A DNA stretch of 64,000 bases from Cycas panzhihuaensis (Eukaryota; Plantae; Cycadophyta), in the NCBI GenBank assembly GCA_023213395.1, contig CM041465.1, forward strand, positions 33,549,741 through 33,613,740, in the 5' to 3' direction. Positions within the stretch are counted from its first letter, which is position 1. The number at the start of each line of letters is the position of its first letter. This document shows positions 26,515-38,800 of the stretch, piece by piece. A program made the translations under genes and the position numbers. Below the pieces are notes generated by a model, which was given only the letters and a program-made list of their open reading frames with translations, did no database searches and was not told the DNA's origin.

Positions 26515-27654
26515 TTTAATGTGTCTTTGTGTCCTATCTACCTAAGGGGCTACTAAACTAGAATGCTAAGTCTTAGGGTCTCCAGGAAGCCCTCGGTTGC
26601 TATTCTGTTTAGTGGCACCTGCCTATAGGTGGCAGATTAGGGGCCTCATATACTGGTATGTGAGTTAATTAGGCTCTATATACCTCAATACGTGAGCTCC
26701 TAGAAGGCCAATGGCTCCCCTGATTCTGTTTGTCCACCTACGTTAGTCTTATGCCTAGCGATAAATCTAGTGAAGGACTTAAATCAAGGCACTCACCCCC
26801 TCCGGGTCTAGTCTGGTCTCCAAACTCCAAGGATGGTTTACACCTCAACTTGTCATTTAATACACCTAATAGCTAGTGGGCTTCTCTAATATCCACTGAA
26901 TTCGAGAAAGACCACTAGTGTGTGCAAAGTGATAACTTCAGGGGTCCTAATTGTTCCCCTTGCAAGGCTGAAAAAGTTTTATGTGTTCATTCATAGCTAT
27001 CTTTTTAATGTTTCAAGTTAAACCTGATTTTAAATGTGATCTTGATTAAGTGAGGGTTCCTTTTAATAAAAAGAAATAATGAGACTAAAACAAAATTCAA
27101 ATAAATGAAGAAAGTTAGGGTTTAGGGTGCTCTAGGAAGGACAAAGCTTAAAAGAAGAGACTAGCCTCCTCCGCTCAAGTAGGGCACCTACAACAACAAA
27201 GCAAATGCAGATGCTAACCAAAAAATAGGTTGAACAACTAATGGAGTAAATTTGAACAACAGCAACGGAAAAAATCCCCTTTGCACTATGAAAGATAAGT
27301 CCTCAATTAATGAAAACAAACTTAAAAGGATGCAAAATAAAGGGTCAATTTAATTGATTAAAATTCCCTGAAATTTTGCTCAGATCAGGCTGAAACCCAC
27401 GTTGTAGAGCTCTGAGTCTGGAATTCAGCGAATCAATCTGTTCAAATATTGGACCTCCTATTGCAAAGATATTGACAGAAACATAAGTAGTCCCCCTAAT
27501 GTATAAAAACTTGAAAAAGAGGGGACTTAAGTCCCCTTAGCAGTTGAGCCCCCGGTCGTAGAATACCACCATATGACCACCGACTGAGATGATAAAGGGG
27601 CTGCAGACTTATAAAGCAATTTCAATCTAATTTAATTCGATCAAACCTTTGACC

Positions 27655-27695
<41 letters not shown>

Positions 27696-27734
27696 GTACA
27701 TGTATATATATATATATATATATATACATGTACA

Positions 27735-27808
<74 letters not shown>

Positions 27809-27920
27809 TGTGTGTATATATATAGATGTATATATATGTATATATATAAATATGTATATATATATATGTATATGTATATATATATATATGTATGTATATA
27901 TATATATGTATATATATATC

Positions 27921-27969
<49 letters not shown>

Positions 27970-27972
27970 ATA
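27655..27972. repeat. Imperfect (TA)n microsatellite, ~320 bp, in the 5' leader of D
   Basis: Directly visible. Confidence 0.98.
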
Positions 27973-28629
27973 AATTAATGGCCCGCGTGAAAAAATTGAC
28001 AAACAAGGTGAACAAACTCGATTAAAATTGATCAAATCAATGCAATGACTCTTCGATTTGCACTCGGAACAGTGTAGGTACACCCGCAAGGCGCCAGATA
28101 GCAGAAAGGGGCCACGCGATGTCATTTGGGGCCGCGGGAACACCACACAGGATGCACAACAAACACACAAAACAGGCGGCCAAACAGAGTTTAAATCTCA
28201 GTTAAACCAAGTTACAAATGAGTGATCCACTTTGGGATCTCACTGAATGTTTCCGCAGGGTAGGGGAGAGGTGAATGGGTTGCATGGCAGTCGTAAGAAC
28301 AGTCAAGAGCGGCAGCTGAAACGGTGAGCAACGAAGGACGAACCACTTGTCTCTGTTTTCTATTAAACAACATTGGAACGGAGGTTGAAGATCAGATCTG
28401 GATAGCAGAGTGGTTCACAGACATTCAAATAGCTTCTCAAGAAAGATCTCGATCATGTGTAGTTCCTACAAGGAGGCAAACGACACCAACATAGGCAAAA
28501 CAGAGTACAAATGTTCTTGAATGAAACAAACGAGTGCCATTTTTTACAAATGGGCTATCATTTTTAGCAAACAAGATGAGAAAACCTGCAACTAACTGAT
28601 TAAACACACATAATGTGGCTCTAATACCA

Positions 28630-29021
28630 TGAAAATTTGCAAACAGGATCAAAATAACTTATGTGCATATAAATATTAAAGTAGAAACACAATAGAACAA
28701 CAGACCAAAGCAAATTTGTTGCAGAGAATTGAGACAGGCAAATTGATTACATTGTCAGTCTATATTCTGGCAGGGCTTCGTTGTATCAAATGATTCAATG
28801 TACAAATGAGGGCGTTCGAGTCTAATTTATAGGCCATGATATGCTTTGGAGAATAATCTCATTGGTTGACATAATTGGCCAATATTATTGGCCTGATATT
28901 CGGCAAGGGGGCAAACCCAACGTTACATTACATTACAATTCAATTTACAAAGAGGTACACTAATGATGCAATTATACATAAAAATACATTGACAAATGAG
29001 GTGTCATTAAATGTTTTAACA
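28630..29021 (-). repeat. D 5' LTR
   Basis: Adjacent to the PBS. Confidence 0.9.
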
Positions 29022-29808
29022 CTTAGTAGCCTAGCAAGCATCCAAACAGTGAAACACATGGATTTTTGGTAGAAAACAACAAAGGCAACCTCTTGGAGAA
29101 TGCATAGATTTGGAACGTATGAGAGAAGCACAGACTAGAATGGGTAGAGTGCAAACTAAATAGAGCCTGGAGAGTATGGACACAAGGATGGATGGTTTTG
29201 ATTGAATGCAATGAATAATTGACCAACAGATTAATTACCAAGAGGTGTGTGTTATGTAAAAGGGAATTGTTCCCCGAAAAGCACACAAAGGGTATTTATA
29301 AGTTATTTCTCACCATTTTGGATGTGGGAGTCAAGTTAATGAGTCTTTTGATATGTTCCTAAGTGTGAGAGTTGAGTTATTCATTCCTATGGCATGTTTC
29401 TAGTACGGATGCCAAAGTGTATTGTAATGTGGATGGTGTTTGAATAGGGAAAAAGCCATATGATCATGTGGAATTGATGAGAACTGTGATATTGCTTAAT
29501 AAAATAACCGAGTTATGTGGAAAATGTGTCTCATATGTTATTTGTGATTGATATATGACTATGTGATAATTGATGATATTGTGATAATGTTGTGATTAAT
29601 GCTATATTATGGACATATGTGGCATATTGTGTGTAATCAACTTGTATGTTAACAAGCCCTAGTTTAGACTATTGGAATGTGACCCTTTGACAAGTGCCCC
29701 TTCTAAGGAGCAGAAGGAAAGTCAACAAATATGTGGTGAATGTTGTAAGTTGTTATGTATGTTGCAAATAACTTGAGTGCAACTAATATCGAGGGATAGA
29801 AGAGGACA

Positions 29809-29870
29809 CGTGATAGCTATGTTAGTGGGTGGTTTCAAGACACCGATGGGCCGAGTAACAGTCAACCCGT
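29809..29870 (+). repeat. Stub of the A 3' LTR
   Basis: AAGAGGACA|CGTGATAGCTATGTTAGTGGGTGGTTTCAAGACACC resembles the G junction AAGAGGATA|TGTGACCGAAGTGTAAATGGGCGGTTTCTAGGCAACC. Confidence 0.6.
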
Positions 29871-32477
29871 GAACTACTAAATAAAGGCTTTATCTAATCA
29901 AGCATGTTGCAATGGGGAGAACCCATTTTATTACTGAAGAAAAAGGATGGAACATTACGTTTATGCATTGATTATAAATAATTGAACAAGACAATAATAA
30001 ATAGTAGCTCTCCTCTCCATAGGATCAATGACTTGTTCGATCAGATGAAAGGAGCTAAGTGGTTTTCTAGGATCGACTTAAGGTCAGGATATGATCAAAT
30101 TCACATCAAGGATATAGATATTCATAAAACTGACTTTTGAACTAGGTATGGAAACTAAGAGTTTGTGGCTGTGGCATTTGGTCTAATAAATGCCCTAGCC
30201 ACATTTTTGTGTTTGATGAACAATGCGTTTAGGTCATACTTGGACAAGTTTGTCCTTGTTTTCCTAGATGACATTCTATTTTACTCCAAGTTAGAGGAAG
30301 AACATGACCAACAATTGAGATTGGTGCTACAACTCTTAAGAGAGAACAAATTACATGCCAAGTTAATCATGTGTGAATTCTACCAAAGGCAGGTCCAATA
30401 CTTGGGCCATGGAATTTCTTAAGATGGTAACTTTGGTGATCCATAAAAGATTATGGCAATTATGGAATGGTCCACACCTACAAACATCTTTGAAGTGAGA
30501 AGCTTCATGGAGATAGGAGGGTACTATCGATGGTATGTTGAGGGGTTCTCTAAAACGACATATTGAATTACTTCTTTGTAAAAGAAGGGTACAAAGTTTG
30601 AATGGAGTAATAAAGTGTGAAGGGAGATTTCAGCTACTAAAGAAGATGCTTACTTCAACACTCATCCTCACCTTACTTGACCCATATGCAAACTAGTGGT
30701 GTGTACTAACTATGTGGTATGTTACTGGCATAAGTAGAGTGCTTATGCAAAATGGGAGCATAATCTCGTATGAATCATGCAAATTAAAGGATCATGAAAT
30801 TAACTATCCAACACATGATTTAGAGTTAATTGTAATGATACACACTTTAAAAATATGGAAACATTATTTGTTGGGAAAGAGATTTGAACTAAGGATTGAC
30901 AATGCTAGTTTAAAATGCCTCTACACATAGTTGCAAGTAAATGGTAGGTAGAGGAGATGGATGGAATTTTTGAGCTAATATGATTTCAATATTAAGCATA
31001 TAAGAGGGGAAAAAAACAAGGTTGTGAACTAAGCCGAAGGAGGCATGATAGCTCATCTTACGTTGCTCAAACAGACTTGACATTAACGAATGTAGTTGCA
31101 ATTGGCATTGCTCAACTAAACTTGAATGATACCATAAAGCAGAGACTATTTACAAATGGATGGTATAAGGAAGTGAAGGAGTTCATCGATAAACAAGGTA
31201 AACATGAACAAGCAAATGTAAGGCTATTGTACAAATATATTGATTATCAACCATCAGGTGACGGATTTCTATATTTTCAACAACGAATTTATGTTCCTAA
31301 TGATGTTGCTATAAAGAAGTTGTTTACGGAGGAAGTCCACAATGTGCCATATACAACACATCCTAGTTATCGAAAGATATATATGGCCATGAAGAAGAAA
31401 TACTTTTGGCTAGGAATGAAGAGGAACATTGTTGATCACATTGCTCAATGTTTGTAGTGCCAAAAACTAAAATCAGAATAATCAACATTTTTCAGGACTG
31501 CTACAGCCATTAGAAATCCCGGAATGGAGGTGGGAGATCATTGCTATCGACTTCATCATAGGATTACCAAAAATGCGAGAAGGAACAATTTTATCATGGT
31601 GGTGGTCAATAAGCTAAACAAATCAACTTAGTTCATTCTAGTGTACTCAATGTGTAAGGTAGTGGACATAACAAATATTTTCATAAAGGAAGTCGTGTGA
31701 CTCCACAGGGTTCCAAAGGCACTTGTTTGAGATAAGGAGGTGAAATTCAACTCCATGTTTTTGCAAGAATTGTTTAAAGAATTGGGCACTAAATTGAAAT
31801 TCAATACTTCATATGATCCCGAGACATATGGGCAAACACAGAGTAAGTGGACCAAGTGCTTGAAGACATGTTGCATATGTTCATGATGGGGTAATTGAAT
31901 AAATGGGAAGACAATTTATACCTCGTAGAGTTTGCATATAATAATGGTTACCATGCATTCATTGGTATGAATCCATTTGAAGCTTTATATGGATGGAAGC
32001 ATAATAATCCATTGAGTTGGTAGAATCTAGAGGACGTGTTTCTGGTCTAGAGATGTTATAGGAAATGGAAGAATAGTTTGCTAATATAAGGAAGCACTTG
32101 AAGACAACACTAGACTGTCAAAAAAGTTATGCTGACACAAAGAGAACAACAAAGGAATTTGTAGTTAGTGAACATGTGTTCCATCACATACGACTCAAAT
32201 GAAGCTCTCTAAAGCTAGAAAAATGTACTCATCTAGTAGTGAGATACTATAGGTCATTTGAGATTTTGTGAAAACTAGGGCCAAGGCATATAAATTCGCA
32301 TTACCACCTAGCATAGATGTGCATAATGTGTCCCATGTATTGTTAAAAAAGTACATACATGACCCAGAGTGCTTAATTGGGGTTCAGATCTAGGCACAAC
32401 CTATATGGATTTTGGACCAAAAGATAAAGATCCTATGGAACCAAGTTATTGAGTAAGTGAAGGTCCAATGGGAGCAC
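29871..32477 (+). pseudogene. pol: Element E: Tekay-like chromovirus pol fragment (RT, RNase H, INT, start of chromodomain)
   Basis: KKKDGTLRLCIDY; IDLRSGY; VFLDDIL; NYPTHDLEL; PLEIPEWRWE; ILDQK...VKVQWEH. Confidence 0.9.
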
Positions 32478-33052
32478 CTACTACAGGACTGCTACAGGGC
32501 TGCTACAGGATTGCTACAACTACTACAGGCTGCTACGGAACTACTACAGAGCTGCGGCAACTACTACGCAAGGTGCAGCAACTGCTACGTAAGGTGCGGT
32601 GACTGCTACGCCGATCGTGGTGATCGCTACGTGATCGCGGTGATCGCTACGCCGATCGCTTATCGCTACGCAACTGCAGTGACTGCTACGTAACTACTAC
32701 CCAGCTGCTATTCGGGCAGAAAATGGGTCTGTCCGGGCAGCAGGCAGACCCATGACAGTTAGAAGAAATAACTTATTTTTAGGAAACAGTTATGTAACGT
32801 CCATAATTTGTATATAAAAGTGGGAACCGCAATGTGCGGAATAGGATTCAGTTTGCATACATGTAATTGTAATAGTGCTGCGCCACGTGTTAGGGCAGCC
32901 ACTCTGTACTATTCTGGCAGGCGTCTAGTTGTGAGAGGACCAAACACAGTGCCATGTTTCTGAATGAAAGCAATTCCGGATGATTTTACCCCCAACGTGT
33001 GTGTTTTTCTCTTGTAATTCTGTATGTTACGAGTATGATTGAGGCGCACACA
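32478..33052 (+). repeat. F 5' LTR (first ~55 bp missing), rich in GCTAC repeats
   Basis: Aligns to ~41815-42323. Confidence 0.92.
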
Positions 33053-33055
33053 TAT

Positions 33056-33068
33056 TGGTTCCGTTGCC
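33056..33068 (+). promoter_or_regulatory. Primer-binding site complementary to plant tRNA-Glu
   Basis: TGGTTCCGTTGCC begins after a 3-nt spacer following the LTR; the plant cytosolic tRNA-Glu 3' end is ...GGCAACGGAACCA (from memory). Confidence 0.75.
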
Positions 33069-33116
33069 AGATTTCCTAACGGAAAATGATGAAAAAATAA
33101 AAACCAGAGGCTGCTT

Positions 33117-35688
33117 ATGCCACCTAGGGTCAACTCGCTGAAGAAGATAGAGACGCGGGACGAAAGAAGCCGACGCTGGGAGGCGGAGAAGAGCCAAGAA
33201 GGGGCGCGGAGACCTAGGGAGCCAATAGAGAAAAAACCGGTAAAAAAGCAAAGTTGAAAGGGGCGGCAGGAGGAAAGCCAGACCCCAGTAGCACCAGTAG
33301 AATGCAATAAGGACGAGGAGCCCCAGGAAGACACGAGTCGGCCAAAGGAAGAAAAAAGCAGCAAAATTTCTGACGAAGAAGAAGAGCAAAATTGAGCGAA
33401 AGATAAAGACGTGGAAGAAAGAGACCTGCAAAACCTTCAAGATAATCAGGTACGGGAGAATTTGGACATATTTCAAAGTTTAAAGCAAAAGCAAGTAGTT
33501 GAGTTAGGGCAGCAAACCCAGTCAGGGTTGCGCCAAGTAGAAGCAGAGAAATTGCTGGAAAACCAGCAAGAGGAGGGGCAACAAACCCAGCCAGGGTTGC
33601 GCCAAGAAGAAACAGGAAATTCAATGATAAATCAGCGTATAGAAGGGCTGCAAACCCAGTCAGGGTTGCGCCAAGTAGAAGTAGAGAAATTGCTGGAAAA
33701 CCAGCAAGAGGAGGGGCAACAAACCCAGCCAGGGTTGCGCCAAGAAGAAACAGGAAATTCGCTGATAAATTAGCGCATAGAAGGGCAGCAAACCCAGTCA
33801 GGGTTGCACCAGGTGGAAGCAGAGAAATCGTTGGAAAACCAACAAGAGGAAGGCGGGCAAACCCATAAAGGGTTGCGGCCAGTAGAAGTTGAAAATTCAA
33901 CAAAACTCAAAGAATAGTAGAGGCAAACCTGTGAAGGGTTGCACTGAATGAAGACACGATAGGCGTAATAATCAACAAAAGAACTGTAGAATTATCAAGT
34001 AAAATTTGAAAATTCGCAAAAAACATTGAGTAATGAAGAACTGCTCAGGTATAATGAAACAATGCAGGAGGACTTGAATCCCAAGAGAAATCAGGAACTG
34101 ACGAATAAACAAGAAGGAAGTTTGCAGACTAAGACAAAGGAAGAAAAATTGTTTAAATTAGAAGTATACAGCACCACCGTAGCAGTGTGGGATTGTTATA
34201 TTCTGCAGGTAAAAGAAGATCACTCTCATGTGTTGAATCCATTGTATAGAATGACTCGTATGTTCACAGGGTCATCATTCATTGAAGAAAGCCCAGAAAG
34301 TGCAACATTGAAGCAAGGAGGAAGCGAGGACGAACTGAACATAATTGAACCAGCGAGACCAGGATCTTCAGGTCCAAGAACAATGTCGCAAGGAAGTGGA
34401 GGAAGTCAAACAATCTCTCCATATGTAGTGGTGCAAAATGATGCTATGTTCGGACATCTTCAGTTTGATGGGTCTGGAGACCCCGGAGATCATCTGGCTT
34501 TGTTCTCCAACATGTTAAAAATCAAGAAAATTAAAGATCCTGAAGAAATCAAAGCTAGATTCTTTTCCACATTGCAGGGAACAGCAATCGCATGGTATCA
34601 ATACGTTGCAGGAACAAATCCCAGTTGGGAAGCAGTTCAAACAAAATTTCTGGACAGATTTCAAAGGTTAAGAGATCCAATGGCGGTATTTCAGGCCCTG
34701 GAAGAAATTAGACAAATTCCAGGTGAATCAGTCAATGACTTTGATGGTAGATTAAGAATCATATTAAATAAAATGGATCATCTTGTTCCAATTAATCCTA
34801 TGCTGTCACTCAAGTATTTTGTACAAGGTCTATTACCTCATTTAAAGGAAAAAATCATGTTTCATCCTTTAAATAATTATAAACAAGTTAAAGAACTGGC
34901 GTTGCGATTTGACAACCAGATGAGGACAGCATATAGTGGAATCCAGAATTCAGGACAAACATCCTTATGGACCACAAACCCAGAAATTGAAAATCTGAAA
35001 AAAGAACTGGAAATGCTGAAACAACAGTCCTTCGTGATGCCTGCTGAAAATCAGCAGAATGACGAGATTGAAAAGCTAAGGAATGAAATAGCTAAACTAA
35101 AAGTGGGAAAAGCACGAGAGAACGTATGGTGCCCACCCCCTTGCAGACAATAAGGTCATTTTAGAAATGAACATCAGCAAAGAGAGAAGAAATGGTGTGA
35201 AATCTGTAGGAGAGAAAACCATAATACATGGGAATGTTATTACAGAAATCCACCAAGAGAATCCTTTTACCAGAAGAAGGAGAATTCTTCCTTTAAGCAA
35301 TACAAAGGGAAAACAAAACCAGTCACGCCATCCGTGCTCAAGATGGGGACATTTCGTGATGTATCGTCCATTAGAGAAACAGGGAAAAGATTATATCTAT
35401 GAAGAATGTGGGCCAGCAGACCATGACTGGGCAGACTGTCCAAAGAATCCTAGTCTTAAAATACAAACTTCAAATCTGGCTACAAAAATTCTAGATAAGG
35501 AAAAGCCAGTATATGTGCAGACGAGAAGCGGAATAACTACAAACCTAATAGACACTGCAAATTTTCCAGATCCAGCAGTGGAAAAGAGAAGACTACAGGA
35601 AGCTGTTGAGGCCATACAAGAGGCGACAAGGACAGTACAATTGGATGAAATGAAACAAGCAAATCGATTTAAAGGAAAAGTATACTAG
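33117..35688 (+). pseudogene. gag: F gag with a long charged, repetitive N-terminal extension
   Basis: ATG 33117 is in the same frame as ORFs 33411 and 34026; capsid FDGSGDPGDHL...QIPGESVNDFDGR; decayed Cys/His knuckles at 35130-35450. Confidence 0.88.
33507..33900 (+). repeat. In-frame higher-order tandem repeat: 138-bp unit made of two 69-bp (23-aa) subunits, ~3 units
   Basis: Units start at 33507, 33645 and 33783; GQQTQSGLRQVEAEKLLENQQEE alternates with GQQTQPGLRQEETGNSMINQRIE. Confidence 0.92.
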
Positions 35689-35859
35689 AGAAGATCATTG
35701 GCATATGAAGAGCAAAATCCTTGGCAAAAATTGCAAATTGTAAAGGAGTTGCTAATAGAATCAGGTATATCTATTCCTATATCTGTAATTTTTAAATGGT
35801 GGGAAGCTGGTTACTTTCTGCATCATATGGAAAAACCAGTGTTAAGAACAATGAAGATG

Positions 35860-38800
35860 GATGCAATTGACCCACGAGTTCCAATGATGTTGTTGGGAAC
35901 TTTGATTTGCAAAACAGTGGTGGATGGAGGATCATGAGTAAATGTACTCCCTGAATCCTCTTGGATTTCTTTGGGACGGCCAAAACTGGTTTCCCCGGAC
36001 TATACAATTCGGTTAGCTAACCAATTGCAGGTTCGACCCATGGGGTCCTTGTTGGACATTCCAGTAACTGTAGCAAGAATTACAGTTCAATTGGATTTTG
36101 CAGTCGTCAGAATGCAAGACCATAGTAAAACATATCCAGCACTGTTAGGGCGGCTGTGGTTGCTGGCAACAAAGGCCTTGCAAGATTGGGGAAGATTGAC
36201 TTTTACCTTGTATTCTGCAGAAAAGAAAGTTGTGCTATCTTAGTGTTCAGATGGTCCGCATATTGAAAAGATAGAAGATGAAGACCGAATGTCCTCAACA
36301 ACAAAGATCAACTACGACAAGAAGTCCTCGCTTTAGAGATAGCATTCCAAGCATTGAAGACCCCTTCGCAGTTGGCGAGCAAGACTTCATCTGCATATCT
36401 GTTGGACTGGTTACAATCAGCTTGGGAAGAAACTGGAGAATCCTCAAAATGTTACCTGATGGAATTATGTTTGGATGAATCAAGTAAAGGTAACAATGTA
36501 TCATGGGATTCTAAAGAAGATGATGTAATTCTTCCTTTTAATAAAATACAAAATGATTGCTTGTATGAATTGTCAAAAAATATGGCATGTTCTGAAGAAG
36601 ATTCTAAAGAAGAAAGGAATTTTCCTAGAACATATTCTGTTGTTGAGTATGGGAATAAGGAAATTTTGTAGGCACCAGCGTATGAACTAAACTCGGATGG
36701 AAAATCTGTTCAAAGGGAAAAGCTTCAGCTCAAATCCATTAATGTAGGGACAGAAGATAATCCAAAGTGTATACAATTAGGTGATTATTGGGAACCTGCA
36801 ATGATGCAAGAAGCTAGTTCTCTTTTTCAAGAATTTAAGGATGTCTTCGCATGGTCTTATAAAGACCTAAAAGGAATTCCCCCAGAGTTAGGAGAACACA
36901 AAATTGAGTTAATGGCAAATACAAAACCAGTAAGGCAAAGACCTTACAGGATGAATCCGCGCTATAAGGAGCAAGTAAAGATAGAATTAGATAAATTATT
37001 AGAAGCCGGATATATATTTGAGGTAGAAAACAGTGAATGGGTAAGCCCGGTGGTGGTAGTACCAAAAAATAGTGGAAAATTACGCATATGCGTTGATTAT
37101 AGAGCTTTGAATAAAGCCACGAAGAAAGATCTATTCCCCATACCCTTCACGGAAGATGTGCTGGAGAAAGTAGCGGGACATGAGATTTTCTCATTCACAG
37201 ATGGCTTCAATGGCTATAATCAAGTTCGTATTGCACTTGAGGACCAATTGAAGACAACATTTGTTACGGAATGGGGGACATATGCATATAGGGTCATGCC
37301 ATTTGGGCTGACAAATGCGCTCGCAACCTTTCAAAGGGTGATTTTAAACATCTTTAGGAAACTGTTGGGGAAAGCAGTGGAGGTATTTCTAGATGATTGG
37401 ACTCTGTATAGTACAATAGAAAAACATTTGTCTCAATTAAGGCTAATGTTAGAATTATGCAGGGAAAACAGATTATGCTTAAATCCAGACAAATGTACCT
37501 TCCTGGTACCATTTGGATCATTGCTGGGACATATTGTCTCGAAGGATGGATTAAAAACTGACTCAGCAAAGGTAGAGGTAATTTTGAGATTCCCTGTTCC
37601 CCAAACGCCAAAAAACCTAAAAGGTTTCTTAGGAATGACCGGTTATTACCGGAAATTTATAAGAAATTATGCTCGGATAGACCATCCTCTAGAATCATTG
37701 CTGAAAAAAGCTATGAAATGGGAATGGACACTCCAACAACAACTATCTTTTGATGCTCTGAAGAAGAAGATAGTTGAAGCTCCTGTGCTCAAGTTTCCAA
37801 ACTGGAACAAACTGTTCCATGTCCATGTTGATGCATCACTGTATGCCATTGGCTGTGTGTTGGCCCAACCAGAAGATGAAAAAATAGATCTTCCAATTGC
37901 TTTTGCAAGTAGAAAGTTGACATCCGCCGAGTGTAACTATACAGTTACTGAATGAGAGGGATTAGGCATGGTGTATGCCCTGCAGAAGTTTCGGCATTAC
38001 TTGTTAGCAAATCCATTTGTATTTTTTGTGGATCATCAAGCTCTTCAATACTTGATTAATAAACCAATTTTGCAGGGGAGAATTAGCCGCTGGCTAATGT
38101 TGTTCAGGAATTTATGTTCAAAATTGTGGTAAAAAAGGGGGAGAAACACATCATACCAGATCAATTGTCACGAATAAAAGACAATGGGAAAGGTAAGGGA
38201 GTATTTGATGATTTTCCAGATCATAAATTATTCTCAGTTGAGGCCGTGCCAGCATGGTACGAGGGAATCGCAGAGTATTTAACCATAGGACAAACACCTC
38301 AAGGATTGGAAAGGGTTGAAAGGAAAAGTTTTATGAAGAAAACTTTTCCATTCCAACTAATAGGTGGTATGTTGTATAAACTGGGACCTGATGGAATTCT
38401 GCGAAGGTGTATACTTCAACATGAAATAGAACCATTGCTGAAGGAGGCCCATGAAGGGATAGCTGCAACACATCATGGAGGAGAAGCTACAGCCAGAAAA
38501 GTTTTGACAGCAGGATTATGGTGGCCTACATTGTTCGAAGATGCGGAAAAGTGGGTAAAAACCTGTGATATTTGTCAAAGAATAGGTAAGCCATCAAATG
38601 TAACTTTATGCCGCTTCATCCAATATCGCCCAAGCTCCATTTGAAAAATGGGATTGGATTTTGTTGGACCAATCACCATAGGCAAGAAAGACGAATGCAA
38701 GATATATATTGGTAGCCACAGACTTTTTAACCAAATGGACTGAGGCAAAACCAATGAAGAAGTGTGATGCAAGAAGCACAGCTCGCTTCTTGTATGAAGT

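Larger units (their letters stand above)
21809..29021 (-). mobile_element. Element D: full-length, older Ty1/Copia (~7.2 kb)
   Basis: LTRs 21809-22201 and 28630-29021 are clearly homologous but diverged. PBS TGGTATTAGAGC at 28618-28629. PPT TTAAGAAAGGG. TSD poorly preserved (TTGAG/CTTAG). Confidence 0.93.
1617..29870 (+). mobile_element. Element A: degenerate non-chromoviral Ty3/Gypsy (Athila/Phygy/Selgy-like), interrupted by B, C and D; 5' end outside the window, 3' LTR truncated
   Basis: Order gag-PR-RT-RH-INT followed by an extra 3' ORF. RT motif VFLDDW. The reading frame rejoins across B (LINK|PLLKGHISQW). PPT-like GAGGGATAGAAGAGGACA lies at ~29791-29808. Confidence 0.85.

Noticed and set aside
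27622-28170. YIYIYI-rich ORFs on both strands
   Set aside because: Translation artefacts of the (TA)n microsatellite.
32457-32693. Cys-rich 78-aa ORF (and 41714-41953)
   Set aside because: Chance read-through of the GCTAC LTR repeat.
32478-32720. CRISPR-like look of short repeats (also 33507-33900)
   Set aside because: No unique spacers, no cas genes, eukaryotic LTR context.
33056-33071. tRNA gene fragments at this and the other PBS sites
   Set aside because: Only 12-13 nt complementary to tRNA 3' ends; these are primer-binding sites.
33214-33903. 229-aa hydrophobic antisense ORF resembling a membrane or env protein
   Set aside because: It is the reverse-strand shadow of the purine-rich in-frame gag repeat; no independent evidence.
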